Source of the DNA: Squalus acanthias
Lineage: Eukaryota
Reading direction: 5' to 3'
DNA: 64,000 nt
Assembly (NCBI GenBank): GCA_030390025.1
Contig: CM059432.1
Location: 148,430,001-148,494,000 of the forward strand
Shown: piece by piece, positions 34,467 through 46,575 of the stretch
Layout: every line of letters starts with the position of its first letter
How positions within the stretch are numbered: the stretch's first letter is position 1
Program-made: the position numbers and the translations under genes
Notes under the pieces: generated by a model
The model's database searches: none
Seen by the model: only the letters and a program-made list of their open reading frames with translations
Told to the model about the DNA's origin: nothing

Positions 34467-35108
34467 GGACAGGCAGATAAGGTGGTTAAAAAGGCATATG
34501 GGATACTTGCCTTCATTAGCCGAGGCATAGAATATAAGAGCCGGGAGGTTATGATGGAGCTGTACAAAACGCTAGTTAGGCCACAGCTGGAATACTGTGT
34601 GCAGTTCTGGTCGCCACACTATAGGAGGGATGTGATTGCTTTGGAGAGGGTGCAGAGGAGATTCACCAGGATGTTACCTGGGCTGGAGCGCTTCAGCTAT
34701 GAAGAGAGACTGGACAGGCTGGGGTTGTTTTCCATAGAGCAGAGAAGGCTGAGGGGGGACCTGATTGAGGTGTACAAAATTATGAGGGGCATAGATAGGG
34801 TAGATAGAAAGGAGCTTTTCCCCTTAGTAGAGGGGTCAATAACCAGGGGGCATAGTTTCAAGGTAAGGGGCAGGAGGTTTAGAGGGGATTTGAGGAAAAA
34901 CTTTTTCACCCAGAGGGTGGTTGGAATCTGGAACTCACTGCCTGAAAGGGTGGTAGAGGCAGGAACCCTCAACAACATTCAAGAATCATTTAGATGAGCA
35001 CTTGAAACGCCATAGCATACAAGGCTACGGACCAAGTGCTGGAAAATGGGATTAGAATAGACAGGGCTTGATGGCCGGCGCGGACACGATGGGCCGAAGG
35101 ACTCTATG
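34467..35108 (+). mobile_element. CR1 3' fragment
   Basis: ORF 34452-34997 KAYGILAFISRGIEYKS...LVRPQLEYCVQFWSP. Confidence 0.9.
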
Positions 35109-35346
35109 AGATCATGGAAATACCCCATTTAGGATAGATTTTACAAATTCACACTCCTGGCGCACTGGGACCAAATTATCCAGAATTCAAGCGTAGGAGC
35201 CACTGTGCCCCACACAATTTTTAGAACTGGTTAAGGTTGCATAGACTGAAAGGATATTTTGATGGAACAAGTGCACAACTGAGAGGCAGACTACTTGAAC
35301 CAAATTACTGCCGTATAAGAAATGAACACTGGCTCAGAAATGTCAC

Positions 35347-35455
35347 CTGAAACGTCAAGTTGAATGGTTGAAAGAGGCAGGACATGTCTTCCAGCTGAAT
35401 AAACTTTGATGCATCCACTGAATCACCATAAATAAAGGAGGCTGGAGAAATAGAC
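35347..35455 (-). CDS. ITGA9: Integrin alpha-9 internal coding exon (109 bp, phase 2/0)
   Basis: Acceptor ttctctttaaaatag and donor gtgaca. Translates (G)SISPASFIYGDSVDASKFIQLEDMSCLFQPFNLTFQ versus recalled human GIMSPTSFVYGESVDAANFIQLDDLECHFQPINITLQ. Phase matches both neighbouring exons. Confidence 0.95.
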
Positions 35456-36080
35456 CTATTTTAAAGAGAAATGAAGAGTTAACAACACGGACAGGGAGAG
35501 GAGACAGCACCGAGCGAGACCCAGCAGCGCCGAGCATCAAGAATAAACAAAGTATCAGCATTTATTTTGTTTTATTGGCGGAGAGATTTATTCTTAAACA
35601 GCTTTTTTTTAGCAGAGCTGAATAAATGCTAGCATTGAGTCTCAAAGCAAGTGGAACTTAAATCTGAAACTCTCTCAGAAGCAATGTTTTGAGCTTCAGA
35701 ACCAAACAGCACCTGCATTTTTTTAACTGAGTTTATCAACAACAAAATGTAAAATAATATCAATCAAGTTGTCATTTTTACATTTATTTAATATGTAGAT
35801 AATAGAACAAATGTAAAAGTGAGTGTGTATATTTAATATATAAATGTTATATATATATAGTGAATTAAGACAACAACATTTGTATAGTACCTTTAATTTA
35901 CCTAATGTTCCAAGGCACTTTGCATGTTAGTAGTAAGAGGAACAAAACACTGAGCCAGGAGCGAGAGTTTCAAAGGGACGAAGAGAATAAGAGGGTGTGC
36001 CAGAGAGCGGAGCCTAGGTGGCTGACGGTTCAGCCACCAATGCGGGGGACAGTGAGAGGGACAGGAGGCTCGAGACAGAG

Positions 36081-36238
36081 GGGGTAATTTTTGTTTTCAG
36101 CTCCTGGGCAGTAACCTGGCAGGGCAAATCGTCGCCCGTTATAGAAACCGCCCGATTTTTATTTCCAAGAGGGCGTTTTCTGTATCAGGCGGCTTATCCT
36201 TTCTGTCTTCTAAGCGGTGAAGATGAAAATTTACCACC
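36081..36238. mobile_element. Small degenerate palindromic MITE
   Basis: Ends ggggtaatttt / aaaatttaccacc with internal dyad symmetry. Confidence 0.45.
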
Positions 36239-36989
36239 AGAGACTCTTGACAGCAAGACTCCATTGTTGGTGCAAATCAACAGCTGGAAGATCCGGAGCA
36301 CAGCAAGTCAGACATGCTGCTCCTCACGCCTGTTTCACTGGTCCAGGCGAGCAAGACTCCATTGTTAGAGCAGTGTCAGGCAATTTCCGGGCTGTATTGT
36401 GTATAGTTTTGTACATTTTAATTCATAATGTTTAGCAGCAGCAATAGATGTAAATTTCATGTTAATGGTATGCGGCAAATTGTGGAATTTATCTCTGGAT
36501 GCCAATGTTGGTTTCGCGCGGGGTGAAATGTGTCACGGGCGGTAGCGCAAAATGGGCAATTGCGAACTGGCAACCCGTTTTACAGTCCGCCACATATTAT
36601 TGGGCGGGGTGTAAAACGTGCCGCTGATTCGCTATCGCCCATTTTGTGCCATCACCCAAGACGAGTTTAAGCACCAAAGACTTTGACAGGTTGATAGCCT
36701 GCACACAGCAAATAAAAGAGCCAGTGCACACATGTCAATATAACTATCATGCACAGCGCGGAGGGTGCTTTACAGGAACAACTGCTGAGCAATGTGCATG
36801 TGGAGGCTCCTGTCAATCGTCCATGGGAATCTCCAGCATGTGTCTGATTGCAAAACGTAAATTAAAATTCTAACATTCAATAAAAACATACTGATGTTGA
36901 GAAGGGTTAGTTGCGTGCTCCTGCACTCACAAGGAGCGCAGGTTGGAGGATCGAGGACTCACTGCTGTAGCGCGGTCTCCAAACTCTGC

Positions 36990-37170
36990 TCACAGAAAGA
37001 TTAACTGTAGTCGTCTGACATTGTACGCTGCACAGGCATTGTTCTCTGTCTATATATGCTGTGCCGATTCGTATTCCTTCACTTCACCTGACGAAGGAGC
37101 AGCAGCTCCGAAAGCTTGTGATTTCAAATAAAACTGTTGGACTATAACCTGGTGTTGTGCGACTTCTCAC
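36990..37170 (+). mobile_element. Penelope-like pLTR fragment (same family as 1974-2185)
   Basis: 37081-37170 is nearly identical to 2061-2149. The 5' boundary is approximate. Confidence 0.75.
37084..37121 (+). ncRNA. Minimal type I hammerhead ribozyme motif
   Basis: UCAC-CUGACGA-A-GGAGC(AGCA)GCUCC-GAAA-GC-UU-GUGA. Differs from the 2064 copy only in loop II. Confidence 0.8.
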
Positions 37171-38227
37171 TTTAAGTGCAGCTTCGCCACTGGGAATGCC
37201 GAAATTACCCCTGCAATGTTTTTCCTTCTTTTCTAAACCATTTCTGTCCACAGGGTAAATGGAAGGTAAGCGCGAATGTTGTTGGACTCATCAATATCGA
37301 CTCTCTAACTCATAGGGCTACTGCTGCTTAAATGCCCTAATCTCACCAGCACCACTGCCGGGCACTGCTTCCCCACCCACCACAGGCAAGTGCCACTGGC
37401 GAGGCGGGGCTCAGCTTCTCAACCCATTTCCCTTTCGTCTGCCCCTGTTACAGCTACTCGTCATGACCAACTGGCGGTGGATGGAGACAATGACAACAGT
37501 GTCCAAGTACAGGCCTCCTCTCCCTCCAATGTGGTCCCGTACACTATCTGGGTAAGTCTCCGTCGGCTCGGAGGCCTACAAAGGCGCCGCTCTCTCTTCA
37601 TTTGCAGGGGCTCACGTGCCTGTTTACGGTCCTTCGCCACCTTCTGCGGTGCTACGGAAGCCTCCCTCCCCATTGCAGCACCCCTGTGGTTTCCTCCTCA
37701 ACCCTGGCAGACTTCCACCTGGCAGCAGGAATCCTACCAGGAGAACTGCCGTGCACGGCCAATGAACCACAGCCCAAGGAAAATAGGGTAGTGTTGTGGT
37801 GGGGTCAAAGGGGCAAGTGGAAGTTCCGTCCTGCCAGACCAGCCCATTAAGTGTGATGAACTGCATGTACGCTCATACACAGACAACCATCTATGTCTCA
37901 TATCTTCAAAGCAGCACAGGCTTGCAGCACCCAAAGGGTTAATTAACTCAACGGGATGTTTCTCTTCCACAAAGCTGCAGAAAGATCAAAGCTGCAAATT
38001 TCTAAACTAGCACTGGAGAAATGACTCGGGAGTCAGTGAACCCATTAATAATAGATCATTAACTCTGACACTGCAGTAGGCTCTCCTCTACACAAAAAGC
38101 ACAGAGAGGAAGTCATCTGACAACACAGAAGGCCTGCAACATCCTTTGGAAACTCCACACGGCGACAAAGTACACTCCCCTGGTGCCTCCTTCCAGTCCT
38201 TCCTGTAGCGACTATTATCAGAAGATC

Positions 38228-38415
38228 TGCCTTTCTCATTACTCTGTAACTCAAAACACCTTTCCACCTCTCCTATCACTCTGTACCCCAGTATGATCAG
38301 TTGTCCCTCCTCTCCTATTACTCTATAAACCAGTAGTATCAGGTCTCCCTCCGCTCCTATTACTCTATAAACCAGTACTCAGTTCTCCCTACTCTCGTAT
38401 TACTCTATAACTCAT
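38228..38415. repeat. Degenerate ~42-bp tandem repeat (about 5 units)
   Basis: Recurring ctcctattactctataaaccagta motif. Confidence 0.65.
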
Positions 38416-38519
38416 TATGATTATATCCCCCCTCTGGTATTTTCCTAATTGTATAATGCAGTAACTGTCAGCCTCTCCTTCTTCATTCCATTCCTCTTTT
38501 ACTGACCACAGATTGAACA

Positions 38520-39436
38520 GGCCTATAAATTCAGTCCCAATACGGCGGGCAAAATGGACGTGCACAATTCCAGCTGGAAGTACAGCACTCGCCATGTTAG
38601 GAGAGGAAAACAAATCATTCTGCAGTGTCTCCGCCTGCCGCAACAACCCCCAACCCCACCCTCCTACCTCCCAACCTGACACAGCCTTCAATTTCCCTTC
38701 TCGGTCTCTGATACCCCCTCTGATCTCCTGACCCCAGCCTCCGAATCCCCCCCTCCAACCCCCCTCCTCACCCACCACCCCCTCTCACCCACCACTACCC
38801 CTCACCCCATCCCCCTCACCCACCCCTCACCTCCTCCCCTTCACCCCATCCCCCCCTCACCTTCACCTCACCCCCCTCCTCCACCACCCCCCACCACCCA
38901 CCCCCCTCCTCCCCCCCTCACCCACCCCCCACACCCCCCCACCAGCCCCCTCACCTTCACCCCCCTCACCCACCCACACCTTCACCCCCCACCACCCTCA
39001 CCCACCACTCCCCACCCCCACTCCCCTCACCTTCACCCCCCCACCCCCCACTCCCCTCACCTTCACCCCCCCTCACCCACCACCCCCTCACCCCCCCTCA
39101 CCCACCACCCCCTCACCCCCCACCCCCCCCCTCACCCACCCCCCCTCACCCCCCACCCCCTCACCCCCCACCCCCCTCACCCCCACCCCTCACCTCATCC
39201 ACCACCACTCCCCACACTCCCCACCCCACCTAGCAGCAGCCAAATCTCGATTAACTCTTCGTTGGCTGGCTGTTTGCGCCACTCCAGCTTGATGTTAATG
39301 AGGCCCAAGGCCCAATATTGGGTGCTCCTCAGGCCTCAGCATTCAGGCGCAGGGATTCAACCTAACGCACCGCCCCCCCACCCCTCACTTCCCCAGCCCA
39401 CACACCCAAAAATGGGTGCACCTGAATTTCTACCCC
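38520..39436. mobile_element. MITE-like element enclosing a ~500-bp C-rich (CCCCCTCAC)n array (about 38745-39230)
   Basis: Imperfect TIRs GGCCTATAAATTCAG / CTGAATTTCTACCCC. The array is directly visible. Confidence 0.55.
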
Positions 39437-39509
39437 TTAATCTTTTTGTGACAAATTGTGTTCCGGCAATATTCACTTCAAATCTTGCCAGTACATTAAT
39501 GGAACTTAC

Positions 39510-39599
39510 CCTGTAACAGCCGTGTCCACTTCGTGTTTCAGAGGCATTGTGAGGAGGAGCGTGTTGTCGTGTAGAGATTCATTACGCTCCACATTCCCA
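39510..39599 (-). CDS. ITGA9: Integrin alpha-9 internal coding exon (90 bp, phase 2/2)
   Basis: Acceptor ttcttttctgcag and donor gtaagt. Translates (S)GNVERNESLHDNTLLLTMPLKHEVDTAVT(G), matching recalled human ITGA9 SGNTERSESLHDNTLVLMVPLMHEVDTSITG. Confidence 0.93.
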
Positions 39600-40231
39600 C
39601 TGCAGAAAAGAAACACAAACTATCTTAAAGACTGCATCAACCACATAAAAAGAAAAACAAGTTAGACATTCCAAACTGTGTTGTCAGAAACAATATGGAG
39701 CTAAATAAATATAATGCTGTGGTTTGAAGACAATTACGCTGTGGGGAGATATTTCCTGAGTTACCACTGTTGGCACAAAGTCTGAGAAACGGCCCTTATA
39801 CCTTCTCAAACTGCTTCATGTTTGAGTGTTAGAAGTCACAACCATAACAGCTGCACCATTCAACATTTCTGAAGAGTAAGTTCGAATATTGCGATCATTT
39901 GATATTTTTGTAGACAAGTAATGATGTCCCATTGGATTAGAAAGGAAACTTAAGGCAGCGGGGGAATTCCAGACTTAAATGCAATGTTAACTGAATGTTA
40001 ACCTCAAAGGTCACGCGAATGGATTGGAAACACTCTTGTTGGCTCGAAGCCCCTCAAGTTCAAGGTGAATGGAGCAAAAATCAAAGTGCTGCTTGGCCCA
40101 AGAGACATGCATCCCAGTGTCGGAAGCACAAGGAGTCTCTGCTTCAGCTATCAGAGCCAAAGTTAAAGATAACAGGAACAAAACTCCATTCAATTTTAGT
40201 GCAGGGATCGCACGTGTTAGGACATTTTAAG

Positions 40232-40420
40232 GAATAAAAACGATGCCGGAAATCGGAAATCAAAACAGAAAATGCTATAAATATACAGCAGGTCAGTCAG
40301 CATCCCGACAGAAAAACACAGGCTAATCTTTCAGGTGCGGACCCTTGATTAGAGCTGGAAACCGAAAGATAAGCAAGCTATTTCATGGAACTGAACAAAA
40401 TGAAGATGAGGGGGAGGAGG
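40232..40420 (-). mobile_element. Old Penelope-like terminus with a decayed hammerhead (40322-40355)
   Basis: Colinear with 5510-5640, but the core is mutated to CUAAUCA...GAAA-GA-UU. Confidence 0.6.
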
Positions 40421-41082
40421 AGAGCTAATGGATTGAAGGTTTTATTGAAAAGCTGGAAAGAAGTGAAAACAGGTGGAGGATGTATGAACCAGCTGCAGGG
40501 AGGTGTTTCTCATCCATGGCGGTAACTTTGATTAAAGGCTCAAAGATAGACAGAGCTGAGGAAGGGGTCAGAGGTCAGTCTTTATCTCTCTCTCTCTCCC
40601 TCTCTGGCGAAGTCAGTCTAGAGACATCCGAGTCCGAGGCCGGCAAGAGATATCACACTTTCTAGTCAGACGGGGAGAGACTGTGCATGTCCAGAGGTGA
40701 AGCTGATTTGCGTGCTAGCCCTTTAGTGCTCACTGAGTTCCGGCAGCTCTTCGACGTCCATCCAAGTGAGGCCTGACCATGAAAATGGTTTGGGCATTGG
40801 GTGCCCTCGGGCAGGTGTCGCACACGCCCCACTCGCTGCCCGCCTGATTTACACCACAGTCAACAATTGCCCCCAAATGTGATTGGCGTAGATATCGGGT
40901 GACCAGGTGCTCTGAGTACACTGTTAACAAAGGGGATAACTTTCCACTTTGGCGGGGGCGGAAAACTGGAGGTATCGGATCGGCAGTCAACGGAAAGGAA
41001 AATCAGGCAGGGTGGGTAATGGATGGCAGATAGGACACTGCCAGTTTACCACCCACACTGAAATCAAATGTTACCCCCATTG

Positions 41083-41505
41083 TGTTCTGAGTAAACAGGG
41101 AGTGACAATGAGTTCAGATACACAGAAGATGGCAATGTGTTCTGGGTTCACACAGGGTGACAAGGTATTTTGAGTACACATAAAAGGACATTATGTTCTG
41201 GGTATGCAGAAGACGGCAATATGTTTTGAGTATGCAGAGGCCGCAATGTCTTCCGAGTGGACAGAGGATAGCAATGTGTTTGTGGTACACAGAGTTTGGT
41301 CATTTGTGCTGAATATACAGAGGCTGGCAATGCGTTGTGGGCACGCAGAAGATAGCAGTGTATATTGGGTGGCTAGGGACTGGTAATTTGTACTGGGTAA
41401 ACATGGAACAAAATGTTTTCTGGATTAATGAAGGATGACAATGTGTTCTGAGTGGACAAGAGCCTAGCAATCTATTTTGGTACATCAAAGCTGGCAATGT
41501 TCCAC
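41083..41505. repeat. Old, diverged ~28-bp minisatellite (about 15 units)
   Basis: Approximate consensus ttctgggtacacagaggatggcaatgtg. Confidence 0.75.
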
Positions 41506-42037
41506 TCATAATGCTAGCACTGTTGTGGTAAATGCATTGTAATGTTTTTCAATCAATTCCCATGGAAAATACTGGCAAAACTGTCTGAGGCACAACATCG
41601 CAGCTTGCTGGCATTGAGTAGACCTTTGCACCCACCCCAGCTTCCCAGGTACAATAAAGTGGCCTACATATACAGTGCTGCAGACGATCTACTGACCTTT
41701 TCGAATCCAATTCAAACAGTGAAAGATAATGGAGAGGCAAGCCACTGGCGTAGGATTTGTTTTGGCCAAATGCCAAAAGCAGCTGAGATGCATCTTTGAC
41801 TTGCCATTCACTGTCTGAATAAGTACTCATAACCCCAAAGCCAAACTTCTGCGAGAGCTGGAGTTCCGATGCAATGAGATGCCTAATGAGGATCAGTGAG
41901 GGGAGAAGCTCCAGGGGATGTCTGGCCAAGGACAGCTCGTACAGCTGAAGTAGCTGTTCAGTCAGGGAATGTGTGGATATCGGTCTAAATTAGGAAATCT
42001 GGTAAATACTATGAACTGGCCCTGTCCCAATGAAGGA

Positions 42038-42143
42038 CTAGCATTGCATTTCTACAGCGCTTTTCACAACCTCAGGACATCCCAAAGCGCTTTACAGCCA
42101 ATGAAGTACTTTGGAAGTTCAGTCACTGTTGTAATGTAGGAAA
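42038..42143 (-). mobile_element. SacSINE1-like 3' tail fragment
   Basis: Matches 63249-63350. Confidence 0.65.
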
Positions 42144-43785
42144 TGGTCACAAAAGGTACGCTGACCGAAAACAGTCCTCTAAAGTTTGTCAAGTGAACTC
42201 AAGATATTAGAGCACATAAAATTATTGGAAACAAGATTGCGAGGCAAATATTTGGGAGGTGAATATTACTTTGTTTCACAGTGCTTGGATTCTTCTCAAA
42301 ATTGAATCTCTTGTTCCTACTTATCAAATGATGTTAATTTGACTACTGCAATATTTTCTTTTTTGTTTGGCTAACCTAAAAATTATAATTAATTAAGTAA
42401 CATTTGATTTAAAAAATAAAAAGGTTAATTTTGGAATTGTTCCATTAGATCGTTTCTTTCCAGTGAGCCAGAATGGACCCGCTCCAGAAGAAAAACACTT
42501 GGCCCCTTTTGGCAGTGCCAGGTTCATTGTGGGATGGCTCTTGTATCCCGAGGAGACATGGGCCTGATTCCACAAAAAGCATGGAACTTGGCTATTGAGT
42601 TCATCAGGAAATAGCTTTGGAGAAACAGTGTAAATAATCTGAATGTACCTGGTTTGTGTCAGGCCCAGAAATGTCAGTGTGTTCAAAAGTCTGCTGACTT
42701 GAGAGTCTGTAAGTGCTAAAACGTAATTACATCTTAAACTATTAACCAGGTCAGTGGGTAGTTGTTGATTTTGCTAATAACTGTTTGCATTTCTGCCATA
42801 TATGGAATCAAACCCTGAATACTTGTGAGCATTCAGCCAGACTCCTAAAACTACTAATCTTAGCTTATTAAGGTTTCCTCTGATTAAATCAATACAATTT
42901 TTTCACTGTTATTTTTCATTCAAGAAATTCAACTCATATTTGAACTCTTGTACTTTAGTGCAACTGCTATCAGTTGATAGCTCCACAGGGACATCTTTGA
43001 GCAATCTTTGTTATTTTTCAAAGGACGACACTTTGAGCACTTGTACGGCAACAGGAGCTACAGCCAGGGTAGTTAGACTAACCAGTACATTGGAACAATG
43101 ATGAATTGAGCAACGGATAGATGACCTCAATAGACCAAGGATTGGATTACAAAGTGAACAGATTAAAGAGTGTGAGCTGCATCCTGCTCTGAAGCACCAA
43201 GGCCAAATGGGCTTTTGTGGCTTGCTATGGGTTCTTGTGTTTCTAACACACACGTCCCATGGAACCAGGGGCTTAGAGACTAGATTCAGCGCAAAGACCA
43301 GCTTTCGTTTAATACAACCAATGCTTGGGATTCTGACTGGAAGGCATTAATCTCGACAGGGGGCATTGCCCCCTCTCCCCCAGAGCCTGCTCTCACCTCC
43401 TGTGGACCATTTCAAAGCGTTGGCAGATGGTAAAACGTCCCTTCGTTTAGGCTCATCTTTCCTGATGTCCAAAAATGTTCACAGTTTCTGCTGATAAAAC
43501 AGTGGGCTGGATCGGAAGCTGCTTTTGCATTGCAGCCCAAGTCTCAGGAGGGTGAGTCAACTGAGCCATTGTCTTGCATTGAACGGTGCAGCCGGTCTTT
43601 CTGGGGCCTGCCATTTTGTGTATATGCTGAACTGGTCCTGTCATTTCCCCCCTCCCAGTGTATGGTGGAGTGACATCATGATGTTGTGTCAAGACATCAC
43701 TACTAAGTGGTCAGCGGCACCCGTGAGTGATGTCATGACGGCGCCACCAAGGTGTGCCGTCACCACTGGGGCAGAGGGCTTAAGA

Positions 43786-44351
43786 AAAGAACATAAGAAC
43801 ATAAGAAATAGGAGCAGGAGTAGGTCATTCGGCCCTTCGAGCCTGCTCCGCCATTCAATGAGATCATGGCTGATCTTCTGCCTGAACTCCATTCACCGGC
43901 CTTATCGCCATATCCCTTGATGCCCTTACTAGTCAGAAATCTATCGACTTCTGTTTTGAATATACCTAATGACTGAACCTCCACAGCCCTCTGGGGTAGA
44001 GAATTCCAAAGATTCACCGCCCTCTGTGTGAAGAAAATTCTTCTCATCTCAGTCCTGAATGGCCTTCCCTTTATCCTGAGGCTGTGGCCCCTGGTTCTAG
44101 ACTCCCCAGCCAAGGGAAACATTCTCCCAGCATCCACCCTATCAAGCCCTGTAATAATTTTGTATGCTTCAATGAGATCCCCTCTCATTCTTCTAAATTC
44201 AAGAGAATGCAGGCCTAGTTTACTCAATCTCTTCTCATACGACAGTCCCGCCATCCCAGGAATCAATCTGGTGAACCTTCGCTGCACTCCCTCTCTGGCA
44301 AGTACATCCTTCCTTAGGTAAGGAGACCAAAATTGTACACAGTACTCCAGG
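43786..44351 (-). mobile_element. CR1 (HER1-like) 3' fragment
   Basis: ORF 43760-44362 LEYCVQFWSPYLRKD... with a (TTCTTATG)n tail. Confidence 0.9.
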
Positions 44352-44513
44352 AAGACCAGCAACAGTCAGTAAAAAAAAAAAGAGGTTCTTAAAAACTCCG
44401 GGTCACTTTGACGTGACCACTGGCTACACAAAGCCCACGCTAGGAAGATCAATGGAACAGCAGCTTGAGCACAAATACTTGGGTTTAGAAAAGGCTATTT
44501 TTTTTTTAAGAGA

Positions 44514-44876
44514 ATGAACTTGCATTCATGTGCCGCCTCACCCACCCCAACGCTCATCACAGCCAATGAAGTGTAGTCCCTGTTGTAATGTAGGGAAAAC
44601 GTGGCAGCCAACTGAGCCAAGGCTGAGGCGTATCGCCTTTATCGTATCTCAAATCACTTCACGCAAATTAATTTCCAATTGTCCTCACGGTTGGTGTGCA
44701 AACACAGCAGCTGATTTGTGCACAGCAAGATCCCACAGACAGCAGTGAGATGAATGACCAATTAATCTATTATTTGATGGCGGCGGTGGCTGAGGGAGGA
44801 ATGTTGCCCAGGAGCCCAGCAGAACTCCCTGCTCGTATTTGAATACGGCCATGAGGTCTCTTACAGCCGCCTGAAT
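44514..44876 (-). mobile_element. SacSINE1-like relic
   Basis: Colinear with 63245-63520, with an internal insertion or duplication. Confidence 0.6.
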
Positions 44877-46391
44877 CACTCAGGGTGGCCACACCTCATT
44901 TTGGCTGGAGAAAAAAAAGTGTGAAATTCTAGAGCAAAAATATTGTTTATTTTTTTTACTTTTTCTCTCCTCCTCCTCCTGCTTCTTTCTTTCTTTCTCT
45001 CTCTCTCTCTCCCCATCCCTTTTTCTAACCCTTCTCTCCTGCTTAGCTCTGTGGGGGATGGGCATGTGTAGAAAGCTAGCGGGGTGAAGTAGAGCAGAGA
45101 GCTGACGGGAGTAGGCGAGGGCCGCAGACCGAGTGTAGCTGAGCAGCCCAAAGGCTGGTGAAAATGCCTGGAGGAGGTGACAAGGCGGACAAAGCCACTA
45201 TACACAACTCTGAAAAGAATTAAGTGGTTTATTTAACAGTTTACACATATATCAGAAAGATAGTTTGAAAACAAGTGTCCTGATTTTAAATCAAACTTCG
45301 AAGGGCTGCGTGCATTTCTTTGAGTTAGTTTGCTACAATGTTGATTTTTGAAGAAAAAAAATAAACAAAAATCCTGTCTTGACCTCAATCAATGAAGTCA
45401 TGGTCTCTTTATCGGATGGGAACAGAACAGCATTTAATAAGTACCGTACGTCTTTCAGGAGACTGACTCGAAACAACCAAATCCATCTCCCCCCCCCAAT
45501 CCCTCCTCACTCGAACTCAACAAGCAGCTGGTTCCAATTAAGATTATCATAGGAACTACAAGAATGCTGCATCTGAACATATTATGCAATTTATTTGTTA
45601 ACCAGACTCTGTAAAAGGCAGAATGTAGAAAGATATCCAGGCCAAAATCTTTGAGTTATGATTCACCCTGTTCATCTTTCATGTATCTTGTAAACTATTC
45701 TGAGTAAACACTTTTGTTCTAAAGCTTTACTGTGATTTATACATTTTTTTTTACAAATATCTTCCAAATATAAACTTTGCTTTCAGCAAACTATGTAAGT
45801 GTGTCCAAGTGTGCTGATCTCGTTGCTTATTACACAGTACAATGTGGCCTGAGAGGTGATGACATACTTGTAGCTACAAGATCTATTTACTTGGAGAAGA
45901 CAACTTACAGTCTGAACAGGACTATGATTAGGGATGTAAGATAAAACTGGTAAGATTTACAAAGTTCTGATCCCCCACATGGAATGTCTCTGGAAAATGT
46001 ACTACAGTAAAACTCTGCGATCGTTGTTCGAATGGATGTGACACGCGGTCAAATTGTGGAATTAATTTCCATGATGATTGATTGTATGGTTATGTTATCA
46101 CTTACAGCTCCATGTTGTTGCCACAGCAACAGTTGGAGGTTGGTTCCCCAAATGGTGAATTCAGAAACCCAACCACCAGGGAAGGCAGCAAATCGAGGCA
46201 AATCAAAGGCCATCAACTGGTCTGCTCTTGTGCATCTCCCAGTGGCTGATTAAGGCTGGAGTTTGACTACTAACGGAGCACTGGTGCAAAGCTAAAGTTA
46301 CATGGGGTCAACGTGGTGGGACCTGGCATTACCGCCACAGCCCTGAAGGGATTGCAACAAAAAAATCTGCGAGCGGCACATCTGTCATTTT

Positions 46392-46507
46392 GTCATTGAA
46401 TATATTTAAGGTGGAGATAGACAGATTTTTGAACGATAAGGGAGTCAAGGGTTATGGGGAGCGGGCAGGGAAAGTGGAGTTGAGGCCAAGATCAGGTCAG
46501 CCATGAT
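46392..46507 (+). mobile_element. CR1 tail, 5' half (3' half at 50237-50305), split by the long CR1
   Basis: ...cagccatgat | gaatggcggagcaggctcgagggg... reconstitutes the tail seen intact at 29245-29420. Confidence 0.85.
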
Positions 46508-46575
46508 AGAACAGTACAGCACAGTACTGGCCCTTCGGCCCTCGATGTTGTGCCGAGCATTGTCCGAGACCAAGA

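Noticed and set aside
40322..40355. Active hammerhead ribozyme
   Set aside because: The core is mutated (CUAAUCA instead of CUGANGA) and the stems are disrupted.
42638..42730. Possible preceding ITGA9 exon (…DSQVSRLLNTLTFLGLTQT)
   Set aside because: It lacks the expected FSVIFDTS motif and an acceptor at the right distance. The true exon probably lies beyond 64000.
45075..45209. Minus-strand exon-like segment (ELCIVALSALSPPPGIFTSLW...)
   Set aside because: No recognisable homology and no phase-compatible upstream donor was identified.
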